Positions 45,897 through 56,286 of a stretch of 64,000 nucleotides of DNA are shown here, one piece after another. Origin of the DNA: Minisyncoccia bacterium (lineage in GTDB: Bacteria > Patescibacteriota > Minisyncoccia > Phycocordibacterales > UBA918); the NCBI GenBank assembly GCA_041736805.1, contig JBGSSW010000004.1:51843-115842 (forward strand), given 5' to 3'. The notes under the pieces are model-generated. The model had not been told where the DNA came from. It saw only the letters and a program-made list of their open reading frames with translations, and did no database searches. The translations under genes were made by a program, and so were the position numbers. Position 1 is the stretch's first letter; every line of letters starts with the position of its first letter.

Positions 45897-46031
45897 TTTG
45901 TAAATCCTTAAGAATAATTTTAATTTTATCACACCCTAGCTTGAATTATAACTAAAGCACTATTATCAACTTTGAAAATAACATTTTTTCTGCTAATGTA
46001 CGAGCGAACTTAAATAACTATCTAAAACTTT

Positions 46032-47129
46032 ATGTCACTATCAGTCGGAATCGTTGGGCTTCCCAATGTCGGTAAATCAACTCTCTTTACCGCTCTTACT
46101 AAAAAGGAGGTCTTAATTGCCAATTATCCTTTCGCCACCATTGATCCTTCGGTGGGGATTGTCCCAGTACCCGATGGACGGCTTGAGACTTTATCAAAAA
46201 TATCTGGTTCTAGTGTCATCATCCCCGCCGTTATTGAATTTGTGGATATTGCTGGACTAGTTTCTGGAGCCGCTTCGGGTGAAGGTCTTGGCAACAAGTT
46301 CTTAGCAAACATCCGCGAGACTGACGTCATTGCTGAAGTAGTCAGAATTTTTGAAGACAGTGATGTCCACCATGTCTCAGCTGAGATTAACCCCCTCTCT
46401 GATATCGAAGTTATAAATTTAGAACTAATTTTAGCTGACGCTGAAACCGTGAGTAAAAGAAAGATTAATGTCGAAAAAGATGCCAAGCGGGGAGATAAAG
46501 AGGCAATTAAAGAACAAGCTTTGCTGACCAGACTGCTTCCACATCTTGAATCAGGCAAACTAGCCAATTCACTAGCGATGGATGAGGAGGAACTCAAATT
46601 AATCAAGCACTTGCATCTACTTACAATGAAGCCGTTTTTGTATGTTTGTAATAAAAAAACCGACGCTTTCAATCTTGATGAGCAAAATGATGAAAGGTGG
46701 CAAAGATTGGTGGAATTTTTTGAAAGCTCTGGAGCAGAGTACGTCGTGGTAGATGCAGGAATGGAGCACGAACTCAAAGACCTCAGTGACGATGAAAAAA
46801 ATGATTTCAGACGTGAATACGGCGCACAGGGGAGTGGAGTCGAAAGTCTGATTCGAGCTTGTTACAACCGCCTAGGCTTGATGAGTTACCTGACCACGGG
46901 CGAAAAGGAGACTAGGGCTTGGACAGTGCCAATTGGGTCTACTGGACCAAAAGCCGCCGCCGCTATTCACACTGATTTTGAAAAAAAATACATTCGCGCC
47001 CAAGTCGTGACGTTTGATGACTTAGTTAAATGTGGTTCGCTTGCTAAAGCTCGCGAACAAGGCAAACTCCGTACTGAAGGTAAAGACTATATAGTCAAAG
47101 ATGGCGACGTGATTGAATTTTTGATTTAA
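46032..47129 (+). CDS. ychF: Redox-regulated ATPase YchF
   Basis: GIVGLPNVGKSTLF, NYPFATI, DIAGLV, GEGLGNKFL, EGKDYIVKDGDV. Confidence 0.98.
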   Translation: MSLSVGIVGLPNVGKSTLFTALTKKEVLIANYPFATIDPSVGIVPVPDGRLETLSKISGSSVIIPAVIEFVDIAGLVSGAASGEGLGNKFLANIRETDVIAEVVRIFEDSDVHHVSAEINPLSDIEVINLELILADAETVSKRKINVEKDAKRGDKEAIKEQALLTRLLPHLESGKLANSLAMDEEELKLIKHLHLLTMKPFLYVCNKKTDAFNLDEQNDERWQRLVEFFESSGAEYVVVDAGMEHELKDLSDDEKNDFRREYGAQGSGVESLIRACYNRLGLMSYLTTGEKETRAWTVPIGSTGPKAAAAIHTDFEKKYIRAQVVTFDDLVKCGSLAKAREQGKLRTEGKDYIVKDGDVIEFLI

Positions 47130-47209
47130 TCTAGCATTGACAAGCTGTACCAATCTAGTAGCCTTTAGTAAGATTGTTCAAGTAAATCTCAACCTGTCGG
47201 AGGTCTGTC

Positions 47210-47494
47210 ATGCAAACTGAAATTGGTCGGAAAGTCGAACTTCGCGAGGAAATGTGCGCTGTATATGCAGAGAAACTTCTTTCTCTAAACCCACAACACT
47301 GGTTACTTCAGTACTATCGATTTCCAAAAGACGGTGAGGAGTGGCGGAAGATTCGCAAGCAGTTTTTTGACCGTTTTGGAAAGAAAGATTGTCCTGGTGA
47401 CAACAGTGTCGGCTATCCAGCTTTGGCACACTTTTACGGAGCGCTGTTTATCGCCTTACTCGAAGCATGCCGAGAAAGCAAGCAAAATGGCTAA
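47210..47494 (+). CDS. Orphan hypothetical protein
   Basis: TTGACA promoter at about 47137; SD ggaggt at 47199; terminator at the stop. Confidence 0.6.
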   Translation: MQTEIGRKVELREEMCAVYAEKLLSLNPQHWLLQYYRFPKDGEEWRKIRKQFFDRFGKKDCPGDNSVGYPALAHFYGALFIALLEACRESKQNG

Positions 47495-47523
47495 ACGCCA
47501 CAAAGGAACACCTTTGTGGCGTT
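47494..47523. terminator. Bidirectional terminator hairpin
   Basis: aacgccacaaagg-aaca-cctttgtggcgtt between convergent genes. Confidence 0.75.
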
Positions 47524-47528
47524 CCTGT

Positions 47529-47798
47529 TTAACTAAGAGGAGTTGGTGGATTAGCTCTCTGGACAGGACTGACCACATTTGGATTCCAATCAGCTTTAAT
47601 ATCACCAAACTTTGCCTCAAACTCCTTTAAGTCATACTGGAGTTTTTGCACTAAACGTTTGGCATGAGCAGGCGTTAGGGCATACACTTGGGCCTGAGCG
47701 CCACTTAACATTCCCACGATAAAATATTCACCAGAATAGCCAGTTTGAATATTTTCACACAGTAATTTAGGAGCTTTTTTTAATTCTTCAGGATTCAT
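47529..47798 (-). CDS. DUF3467-like small protein
   Basis: LTPAHAKRL...YDLKEFEAKFGDI. Confidence 0.65.
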   Translation of the reverse strand: MNPEELKKAPKLLCENIQTGYSGEYFIVGMLSGAQAQVYALTPAHAKRLVQKLQYDLKEFEAKFGDIKADWNPNVVSPVQRANPPTPLS

Positions 47799-47885
47799 AT
47801 TTTATATATTATCGCACAATATTGTACCTTAGTCCAAATCCCATACCCGTAACTATTTGTTCAAAATAGGCGTATAATAAAGTAT

Positions 47886-48809
47886 ATGGAAAACAACACC
47901 GCCAAGCACTTTGCTTTACAACTCGGTTCACTGGCAAGTCTTTATTTATCATTAGCTTTCTTATTAGTTCTTATCTTTGGAATAGTCAATCTTCTTTATC
48001 CTGACGCCACTGAAGGCTCATGGGCGGTAGAAAGCGCCTCTTCGTCAGTGCGGCTCGGCTTTGCCATGGTCTTGGTCTTTTTCCCGACTTACTTAGTACT
48101 GACTAGACTAGTTAATCAAGCACGTCGACAAGAAACGGATGGTAACTATTTAACCTTAACTAAATGGTTAATCTATCTTTCACTTATTATTGGCGGCGGG
48201 GTTTTGCTTGGGGACATAGTAGCTATCGTTATGGCATTCTTGGAAGGAGGAATATCCACCAGATTTATCCTTAAAGCCTTAGCAGTTATCATTATTGTTG
48301 GTCCAGCATTTTATTACTACATCCTAGATGCCCGAGGTTATTGGCTGAAAAATGAAAAAATTTCTATTCGCTTTGCAATTGGCGCCACTTTAGTAGTACT
48401 TGTGGCCATGGTTTTTGGTTTAAAGAATATTGCTACCCCAGACGAAGTGAGGGAAAGGAAGATTGATGACAAACAAATTACCGACTTGCAGGACATTCAA
48501 TATCGAGTGATTAATTATTATCAAATTAATTCTACTTTACCTAAGTCACTTTCTGAGCTACCCAAAACCGCACCGCTGCCTTCAGCCCCTGAATCAAGAA
48601 CTGCTTATATTTATAATTTGTCAGACAAAGGCTACCAACTCTGTGCTAATTTTGCTTATCCAAATCAAATAGATCAATATCGCTACTATGGTATACCAAT
48701 TGATGTTACTAATCCTATCAAGAATCAAGACAATTGGGAGCACAGTGAAGGAGACTTTTGTTTTGAAAGAGTTATTTCAAACGAATCAGTACCAACAAAA
48801 TCTCTTTAG
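47886..48809 (+). CDS. DUF5671-like membrane protein
   Basis: About five TMs; KWLIYLSL, DLQDIQ, YQLCANF. Confidence 0.7.
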   Translation: MENNTAKHFALQLGSLASLYLSLAFLLVLIFGIVNLLYPDATEGSWAVESASSSVRLGFAMVLVFFPTYLVLTRLVNQARRQETDGNYLTLTKWLIYLSLIIGGGVLLGDIVAIVMAFLEGGISTRFILKALAVIIIVGPAFYYYILDARGYWLKNEKISIRFAIGATLVVLVAMVFGLKNIATPDEVRERKIDDKQITDLQDIQYRVINYYQINSTLPKSLSELPKTAPLPSAPESRTAYIYNLSDKGYQLCANFAYPNQIDQYRYYGIPIDVTNPIKNQDNWEHSEGDFCFERVISNESVPTKSL

Positions 48810-48877
48810 ACTTTCTTACAAACTACTGAGTGTAAAATTACCTAGCTTCAAAAGAAGGAATGCTATAATTTAGTCAC

Positions 48878-51208
48878 ATGTCACTGGCAGAACAAGAACC
48901 AGACGGCTCTTTAGGCGAAGCCGTAAGCAAGGAGGAGCAAGTGGCCGGTAATGGCTGGGCGGCTTTTTCCGCCTTTTCCAAGAGTCCTGAAAACACCCGC
49001 CCAGCCTTCACCCCCACCCACGTCACCGCCAAACAAGACTTCTCACCCCTGACCAAGCTCCTGATTCTTTTAATTCCGCTATTACTTCTAGTTGGTTATC
49101 AAAGTTATTCCCAAGTTTTTGGTTCTACACTTATCGGTTATTTTTCTCCCAAACCATCAATAAATCTTGAGTCAGGATTAATTGCACATTGGACCTTTGA
49201 CGGACTAGATATGACCACTGCAACATCGTCAGATGTAAGTGGTAATGGATATAACTTAGCGTTAGACGGTAATCCAAAATTATCAATTGGTAAAATTGGA
49301 CAAGCTATAGAACTTGATGGTGCTAGTGATTCTCTTAACTTGCTAAATAATAGTAGCCTTAATTTAGATTCAGGCACCAGTGACTTCACTCTTTCTGGAT
49401 GGTTTAAGCGCAACAGTTTTTCAACACGAGACGTAATATTAGCAAAGAGAGCCAACTCAGGTACTGGTGAATCTGGATATATGCTTGAAATTTCAGGGTC
49501 AGATTATCTTATTTTTCGAGCTTCCGACGGTGTTGATGATTATACCTTAAATTCTTTGACTAGAATTGAAAATTCAGACTGGCATCATTTCACAATCGTC
49601 TGGGGGGACAATACTATTGGTACCACCATGTACATCGATGGACGATCTAATGCCCCCACAGCTGCTGCGGGATCACTTGGATATATTGGTAATATAAATT
49701 TTACAAATTACTTCCGTTTAGGAGTTTCTTCCAACGGTTCTGACCCTTTTGACGGCAAATTAGATGATGTCCGTATCTATGACCACTCACTTTCTTCTGA
49801 AGAAGTCGCTGCTTTGTATGCTATGACTAAGGAAACGAAGATCAATACCACCCAAACTCCCACTAATCTAGAAACCGGCCTCGTCGGCCACTGGACCTTT
49901 GATGGCCCTGACATGACCACAGCTACTGCGACCGATGTGAGTGGAACTGGAAATGACGGCACACTAATAAGTTCACCAACTAAAATCATTGGAAAAACTG
50001 GCCAGGCAATAGAGTTTAATGGAATTGATAATTATATTTTTATCGAGGATAATTCAAGTCTTGATATTACAAATGAATTAACAATTTCAGCCTGGGTTAA
50101 CAAACAAATTATTACTACTTGCGGTGACTATGATGGAGTTATCGGCAAAGGCTACCAAGGAGATCCCTCAGCAAACTATGCACTTGGTATATTTAACAAC
50201 TGTGATGATGAGCATATTATTTTTTATTATAATAATAATTCATCAGAACACTCAATTCGAGGTAACACAACACTTCAACTTAATACTTGGAATCTTCTTA
50301 CTGTCACATATAATGATGCCAGCAACAACATCAGTCTTTATGTTAACGGGGTTCTTGAAAGTAAGACTGTAATAGCAGGTGCTCCCGAAACAAATTCTTT
50401 AGAAACTAATTTGCATGGGGTAACAATTGGGGCAAAAGATGTTGGTTATTGGTTTATTCCAGCAAAAATTGATGACGTTCGTGTTTACAATAGAGCTATT
50501 TCAGCGGATGAAGTGCAAAAACTCTATAACCTTGGTGAAGGCACTAAATTCAACGTCACTCCGATCAACCGCTCACCACTTTCAGAAGGTCTAGTCGGCC
50601 ACTGGACTTTTGATGGCCTAGATATGACCACAGCTACTGCGACTGATGTGAGTGGAAACGGAAACAACGCCACTCTTCTTGGCAACAGTGAAAAAGCAAT
50701 TGGTAAAATGGGGCAAGGAATTAGTTTGGATGGCACCAACAGTACATATATCACTACCAACAGTGGTTCTGGTGTTATTGACGCATCACAAGATATTACA
50801 ATTGGAGTTTGGGTTAAACCTAGAGTCATAAACCAGTACCAGGGAATTATTTCTAAGTCAGCAGCCTGTGATGAGCCAACATCAAAATACCTACTTGAAT
50901 TTCTAGATGGCGGGGCCACGTTTTGGATGGGAGGGTCTAGTACCGGCTATCGTGGCTCGTTAATATCACTTAATGAATGGTCGCATATCGCAGTTACGAA
51001 CAATGCAAATGGTTTTGCTATATATAAAAATGGCGTATTAGAGAAATCTGGCTCAGCTTTACCGGCGCCAACTTCCTCAACTGCTGACTGGACTTTTGGA
51101 AATTGTGGTGGACTTTATTATTCAGATATGAATATGGACGATGTCCGCATCTATAACCGCGCCCTATCAGCAACCGAAGTGGATCAGCTTTATAATCAAG
51201 GTCGGTAG
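48878..51208 (+). CDS. Membrane-anchored protein with three LamG (concanavalin A-like) domains
   Basis: Three repeats of GLxxHWTFDG...DVSG...DDVRxY. Confidence 0.9.
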   Translation: MSLAEQEPDGSLGEAVSKEEQVAGNGWAAFSAFSKSPENTRPAFTPTHVTAKQDFSPLTKLLILLIPLLLLVGYQSYSQVFGSTLIGYFSPKPSINLESGLIAHWTFDGLDMTTATSSDVSGNGYNLALDGNPKLSIGKIGQAIELDGASDSLNLLNNSSLNLDSGTSDFTLSGWFKRNSFSTRDVILAKRANSGTGESGYMLEISGSDYLIFRASDGVDDYTLNSLTRIENSDWHHFTIVWGDNTIGTTMYIDGRSNAPTAAAGSLGYIGNINFTNYFRLGVSSNGSDPFDGKLDDVRIYDHSLSSEEVAALYAMTKETKINTTQTPTNLETGLVGHWTFDGPDMTTATATDVSGTGNDGTLISSPTKIIGKTGQAIEFNGIDNYIFIEDNSSLDITNELTISAWVNKQIITTCGDYDGVIGKGYQGDPSANYALGIFNNCDDEHIIFYYNNNSSEHSIRGNTTLQLNTWNLLTVTYNDASNNISLYVNGVLESKTVIAGAPETNSLETNLHGVTIGAKDVGYWFIPAKIDDVRVYNRAISADEVQKLYNLGEGTKFNVTPINRSPLSEGLVGHWTFDGLDMTTATATDVSGNGNNATLLGNSEKAIGKMGQGISLDGTNSTYITTNSGSGVIDASQDITIGVWVKPRVINQYQGIISKSAACDEPTSKYLLEFLDGGATFWMGGSSTGYRGSLISLNEWSHIAVTNNANGFAIYKNGVLEKSGSALPAPTSSTADWTFGNCGGLYYSDMNMDDVRIYNRALSATEVDQLYNQGR

Positions 51209-51210
51209 GA

Positions 51211-51237
51211 GTTTACATAGGCCTTTCCTATGTAAAC
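51211..51237. terminator. Hairpin after the LamG gene
   Basis: gtttacatagg-ccttt-cctatgtaaac. Confidence 0.6.
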
Positions 51238-51328
51238 CTTTATACAAGCTGCTGGGTGTTAAGTTTTTTACATTATCCTATTTCGTGGCATACTAAATCA
51301 ATAATTACTTTTTTAAGTGGGGTTTATT

Positions 51329-53710
51329 ATGCACAAAAAATTTGACTCTGAAGCGATTGAAAAAAGGTGGCAGACCAAGTGGCAAACTGATGGTCTTTAT
51401 GCTGTCGGACAGCGTAATAAAAGTAAAGAAAAGGAATATGTCTTGGTCGAGTGGCCATATCCCTCTGGCAATCTCCACATCGGGCATTGGTATGCTTTTG
51501 CTGTCCCAGACATCTATGTGCGTTTCAAACGTATGCTCGGTAAACAAGTGCTATATCCAATGGGTTTTGATGCGTTTGGCTTACCAGCCGAAAACGCCGC
51601 TATCAAACGCAACCTCAATCCCAAAGACTGGACCAACGACAACATCTCCTACATGAAGAATCAGTTGGCCAGTATGGGAAACAGCTTCTCTTGGGACAAG
51701 ACCACCAACTCCACTGACCCTGAATACTACAAATGGACCCAATCCATGTTTACCAAGTTTTTTGATAATGATATTGCTTATCGTGGTAAGGGAATAGTTA
51801 ATTGGTGTCCTGGCTGTAATACGGTGATTGCCAATGAACAAGTGTTAGCCGATGGTACCTGTGAACGCTCGGGAGACGTAATTGAAAAAAAAGAAATGCC
51901 GCAGTGGATGCTCCGTATCACTAAGTACGCGGACCGACTAATTGATGACTTAGAAACAGTCAACTGGCCTGAACATATCAAAGAAGCTCAACGCCAATGG
52001 ATAGGAAGAAGCAAAGGGGCAAAAATTAATTTCAAACTATCTACCGGTGAAGAAGTGACTGTCTTCACCACCCGACCTGATACGCTTTTTGGAGCGACTT
52101 ATTTGGTATTGGCCCCAGAACACCCTCTGGTGGCTCAAAACAAAGACCAGATAGGCAATTACTCAGAAGTGAGTACACATGTATCTCTATCTAGAGCCAA
52201 AGATGAGCAAGACCGTCTAGACGCGACCAAAGAAAAAACGGGTGTAAAGCTAGAGGGCATCACGGCTACCAATCCGGCCAGTGGAGAAGAAATCCCTGTC
52301 TACATCGCCGATTATGTCCTAGCTGGTTACGGCACCGGAGCCATCATGGCCGTACCAGCTCACGATGAAAGGGATTATGAATTTGCCAAGAAATTTGGAA
52401 TTGAAGTCAAGCAGGTTATAGCCTCAACTGTTGAATTGCCATTTTCAGAAATAGGAAAATTAATTAATTCTGGAGAATTTAATAACCTAGACAGCGAAGA
52501 AGCTAAGGAGAAGATAGTTGAAAAAGTGGGTGGAAAGATGACTTCTACTTATCGTTTGCGGGACTGGTCTATTGGTCGCCAAAGATACTGGGGAGTGCCA
52601 ATTCCAATTGTCTATGATCCAGACGGAAAAGCTCACGTGGTACCAAAGGAACATTTACCGTGGACCTTGCCTGAAGATGTAGACTTCAAGCCGACAGGAG
52701 AGGCCCCGCTGGCGAAGAGCGAAGCTCTTCGCCAGCGGACCGAAGAAATCTTTGGTAAAGGCTGGACACCGGAAGTCGAGACGATGGATACTTTTGTCGA
52801 TTCGTCGTGGTATTTCCTTAGATATTTGGACAATGAAAACGGTAGTGAGCTGGCGAGCAAAGCTCGCCAGCAAGACTGGATGCCGATTGATATTTACTTT
52901 GGGGGAGCTGAGCATACTACCATGCACCTTCTATACTCTCGCTTTTGGCAGAAGGCTCTCCTAGACCTAGACTTAGTGACTGAAAATGAACCTTATCGCA
53001 GGCGTATCAATCGTGGATTAATTCTTGGTCCTGACGGCAACAAAATGAGTAAGAGTAAGGGCAACGTGATTGACCCCGATGAACAAGTGAAGTTAGTGGG
53101 TGCAGATACCGTCAAGATGTACTTAGCCTTTATGGGTCCTTATGAAGGAGCCAACTATCCGTTTGACCTCGGAGGCATCGCTGGCGTGCGTCGTTTCCTA
53201 GAGAGAGTTAATGGTCTGGCTGAACATATAATTGAGGATGAGAGTCCAGAAATGCTAGGTCAGCTACATAAAACTATCGACAAAGTACGCTCTGATATCG
53301 AAGCTTTTAAGTTCAACACTGCCATCTCCGCCATGATGATATTCGTCAATGCAGCTGAAAAGAGTGGTCTAAGCAGTGATTCTTACCACACTTTCCTTAA
53401 GCTTTTAGCTCCTTTTGCTCCTTACCTGACTGAAGAAATCTGGTCAACTTTGCAGACTGACACATCAATCCACCTAGCCAGTTACCCAGAGGCCAAAGCT
53501 GAATTACTGATAGATGACATGGTTACTTTGGGAGTACAAGTCAATGGAAAGCTTCGTGGGTCTATTACTGTCAGTCCTGAGGCGGAGGAGTCAGAAGTAC
53601 TCGCAGCCGCCTTAGTTGAAGAAAGTGTAACCAGATACGCCACTAAGGAGAATGTAACTAAGGTAATTTACGTAAAAGGTAGGATTTTGAATCTGATTGT
53701 TCAAAGCTAA
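51329..53710 (+). CDS. leuS: Leucine--tRNA ligase
   Basis: PYPSGNLHIGH, FTTRPDTLFG, GTGAIMAVPAHDERD, KMSKS. Confidence 0.98.
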   Translation: MHKKFDSEAIEKRWQTKWQTDGLYAVGQRNKSKEKEYVLVEWPYPSGNLHIGHWYAFAVPDIYVRFKRMLGKQVLYPMGFDAFGLPAENAAIKRNLNPKDWTNDNISYMKNQLASMGNSFSWDKTTNSTDPEYYKWTQSMFTKFFDNDIAYRGKGIVNWCPGCNTVIANEQVLADGTCERSGDVIEKKEMPQWMLRITKYADRLIDDLETVNWPEHIKEAQRQWIGRSKGAKINFKLSTGEEVTVFTTRPDTLFGATYLVLAPEHPLVAQNKDQIGNYSEVSTHVSLSRAKDEQDRLDATKEKTGVKLEGITATNPASGEEIPVYIADYVLAGYGTGAIMAVPAHDERDYEFAKKFGIEVKQVIASTVELPFSEIGKLINSGEFNNLDSEEAKEKIVEKVGGKMTSTYRLRDWSIGRQRYWGVPIPIVYDPDGKAHVVPKEHLPWTLPEDVDFKPTGEAPLAKSEALRQRTEEIFGKGWTPEVETMDTFVDSSWYFLRYLDNENGSELASKARQQDWMPIDIYFGGAEHTTMHLLYSRFWQKALLDLDLVTENEPYRRRINRGLILGPDGNKMSKSKGNVIDPDEQVKLVGADTVKMYLAFMGPYEGANYPFDLGGIAGVRRFLERVNGLAEHIIEDESPEMLGQLHKTIDKVRSDIEAFKFNTAISAMMIFVNAAEKSGLSSDSYHTFLKLLAPFAPYLTEEIWSTLQTDTSIHLASYPEAKAELLIDDMVTLGVQVNGKLRGSITVSPEAEESEVLAAALVEESVTRYATKENVTKVIYVKGRILNLIVQS

Positions 53711-53845
53711 CTCCAGCCGGAAAGGGGTCATAGAACGCGAGTAGGCTAAGTTTGTCATAGTCCTGTGGATAGGATTTGACCTTATTTGTTACTTATGTTA
53801 TAAATAAGCCACGCATTGAGGTATCTATCGGGAAAAATTAGTTTT

Positions 53846-54871
53846 ATGATTACATTTAAACCAAAACAAATAACAAAATCACTTTTAAGTGTGCTGCCTG
53901 AGCGAGCGCGCGACGTACTAACAAAGCGTTACGGACTTGGCCCAACCGGTGAAACTTCGACTTTGGAGTCTATTGGTCAAGCCTATGGTATTACTCGTGA
54001 GCGAGTAAGACAAATTGAAAACTACGGGATTCAGTCAATCCAAAAATCTGAAGAATATAAGAAAAACTTTGACTTATTTCTTGAAATTCAAAGCTTGATT
54101 GATCAATTAGGTGGTGGAGTAATCGCTGAACACGTCTTGCTCGATGAGCTAACCACCGACCCAGTGGTGAAAAATCACCTCTACTTTTTACTAGTGGTTG
54201 GAGACCCGTTTTATCGTGGCAAAGAAAACCCAACTTACACTCATCGTTGGTTTACTGAGCGTAAGATTGCAGATGTGGTTGAAAAGGCCTTGAAACAAGT
54301 TTATCTATCTTTAAATAGCGACGAACTGGTTAGTGAGCAAGAGATTTTAAATCGCTTCCGAACCCAATTGCTTGAACTAGCCGACAAGTATGATGAAGGA
54401 ATCCTCAAGCGTTGGTTATTGATTTCAAAGCAAATTGGGCGCAATCCACTCGGTGACTGGGGTCCATCTGATAGCCCAAATATTAAAGTAAAAGGCATTC
54501 GTGATTATGCTTACCTGGCCGTTAAAAGACACGGTTCACCAATGCACTTTAGGGAAGTGGCCGAGTCAATTGATTCACTTTTTAAACACAAAGCCCATAT
54601 AGCGACCACACACAACGAATTAATTAAAGATGCTCGCTTTGTACTAGTTGGTCGTGGACTATATGCCCTTACAGAATGGGGCTATACGGCTGGAGTGGTA
54701 AAGGATGTCTTGCGGGAAATCCTAGAAAAAGAAGGTCCACTGTCAAAAGAGGAACTGATTGATAAAGTTAGAAAAGAACGTTACGTAAAAGACAACACTA
54801 TTATCGTCAACTTACAAGATGCCAACATCTTTAGACGATTAAGTAATGGGACTTACGCAATCGCAGAATAA
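53846..54871 (+). CDS. Sigma70 region-4-like HTH + winged-helix (HARE-HTH / RNAP delta-like) protein
   Basis: TLESIGQAYGITRERVRQIE; PMHFREV...THNELIKDARFVLVGRGLYALTEW. Confidence 0.8.
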   Translation: MITFKPKQITKSLLSVLPERARDVLTKRYGLGPTGETSTLESIGQAYGITRERVRQIENYGIQSIQKSEEYKKNFDLFLEIQSLIDQLGGGVIAEHVLLDELTTDPVVKNHLYFLLVVGDPFYRGKENPTYTHRWFTERKIADVVEKALKQVYLSLNSDELVSEQEILNRFRTQLLELADKYDEGILKRWLLISKQIGRNPLGDWGPSDSPNIKVKGIRDYAYLAVKRHGSPMHFREVAESIDSLFKHKAHIATTHNELIKDARFVLVGRGLYALTEWGYTAGVVKDVLREILEKEGPLSKEELIDKVRKERYVKDNTIIVNLQDANIFRRLSNGTYAIAE

Positions 54872-54881
54872 GCGATCAATT

Positions 54882-54923
54882 AAAAAATCTCCCACAGACC
54901 AATGGTCCGGTGGGAGATTTTTT
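54882..54923. terminator. Intrinsic terminator
   Basis: aaaaaatctcccac...gtgggagatttttt. Confidence 0.75.
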
Positions 54924-54940
54924 ATAGTACAATAATCAAA

Positions 54941-56275
54941 ATGGGAGAAATACTTAAAGTTATATTTACAGGCATCGCTGGACCTTTGTTTCTTGTTTTT
55001 GGAATACTGTTTTTTATATTTTTTCTAACTAGACTAAATTTAAACCCCGGACCGATTTTTTCGGTCATGATTGCCCTCACCCCTATTTGGCTACCAATAG
55101 CAATTTTTTTCATTACTTTTGAGCGTTGGATGTATTACATCCAAAACAAATTTGTTTTTAATACGGGACGCAGTACCTTGCGAATTAATTTACCGCAAGA
55201 AATTTTTAAATCTCCTGAAGCTATGGAAAGTGTTATTGCTCAAATTCACAACGTCAATACACCAGATAATCTAATGCAAACATATATAGACGGTAAACAT
55301 CCTTTGCCTTTTAGTTTTGAGCTAGTTTCCACGGGTGGAGAAGTGCGCTTTTATATTAATGTACCCACCAAAAAAACCAAAAATGCTTTAGAAGCTCAAC
55401 TTTATGCTCAGTATCCTGGCATTGAAGTAATTGAAGAGGACATGGACTATACCGATGAAATTAAATGGGATCCTGAACGTTATGAGTACATGGCTTTCCA
55501 TATGGGTAAAAAAGAAGCTGAGTCTTTTCCCATCAAGACCTATATTGATTTTGGTCTTGATAAACTACCTAAAGAGGAAGAGAAATTCGAACCAATGGCA
55601 CCAATGATTGAGGTGATGGGTAAAATAAAACCCCATGAAAGACTCTGGGTGCAAATTTTGGCAACTCCACACGTTAAAAAAACTTTTAAAAATGGCTACT
55701 TAATTGAGCAACAAACTTGGGACCATAAAACTAAAGCAACTATCAATGAAATGTTAAAAAGGGACCCAAGACCAGCAAATGAAATTGACGAGTATGAAAG
55801 AGCACCGATGCTAACCATGGGTGAAAGAGACACTATTGCAGCCATGGAAAGAAATGCCGGTAAATATGCTTTTGAAGTTGGGATTAGATGGATGTACATC
55901 ACAGAAAAGGGAAAATTTAATGGTGATGTAATTTCTCCTATGATTCGTGCCTTTGCTCAATACGACATAATTGGACGTAATAGCATTGGTGTACGCTGGC
56001 GCACAGATTTTGATTATAATTTTATTTCTGACCGCTCGGGAAAAAGGAAGCTACGAATGAAAAGACTAGAGTTAGCCAGATACAAGGATAGATTTTATTA
56101 TTACATGGACCGAAAGAATAGAGCCGACGCCCCGAAAGTATTTTCGGCTGAGGAACTGGCTACCATGTTCCATATCCCAGGTAGCTCTGTTGTTACTCCA
56201 ACCATGCCACGTATTACTTCAGCCAGAAAAGAAGCTCCAAGCAACTTGCCTACTGGTTTAAAGACAACTATCTAG
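54941..56275 (+). CDS. Conserved CPR-type membrane protein, resembling the module often found next to VirB4/coupling-type ATPases
   Basis: Two TMs; FSFELVS, YAQYPGIE, FPIKTY, WVQIL, EELATMFHIP; the 54902 ATG lies inside the terminator, so 54941 is preferred. Confidence 0.55.
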   Translation: MGEILKVIFTGIAGPLFLVFGILFFIFFLTRLNLNPGPIFSVMIALTPIWLPIAIFFITFERWMYYIQNKFVFNTGRSTLRINLPQEIFKSPEAMESVIAQIHNVNTPDNLMQTYIDGKHPLPFSFELVSTGGEVRFYINVPTKKTKNALEAQLYAQYPGIEVIEEDMDYTDEIKWDPERYEYMAFHMGKKEAESFPIKTYIDFGLDKLPKEEEKFEPMAPMIEVMGKIKPHERLWVQILATPHVKKTFKNGYLIEQQTWDHKTKATINEMLKRDPRPANEIDEYERAPMLTMGERDTIAAMERNAGKYAFEVGIRWMYITEKGKFNGDVISPMIRAFAQYDIIGRNSIGVRWRTDFDYNFISDRSGKRKLRMKRLELARYKDRFYYYMDRKNRADAPKVFSAEELATMFHIPGSSVVTPTMPRITSARKEAPSNLPTGLKTTI

Positions 56276-56286
56276 ACTATTACGAC

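Noticed and set aside
46124-46777. 217-aa minus-strand ORF, and similar antisense ORFs such as 11716-12288, 3620-4006 and 50524-50919
   Set aside because: Shadow ORFs antisense to well-supported genes, with no motifs
48878-51208. Diversity-generating retroelement target or template in the LamG repeats
   Set aside because: Differences between repeats are not adenine-specific and there is no reverse transcriptase in the window
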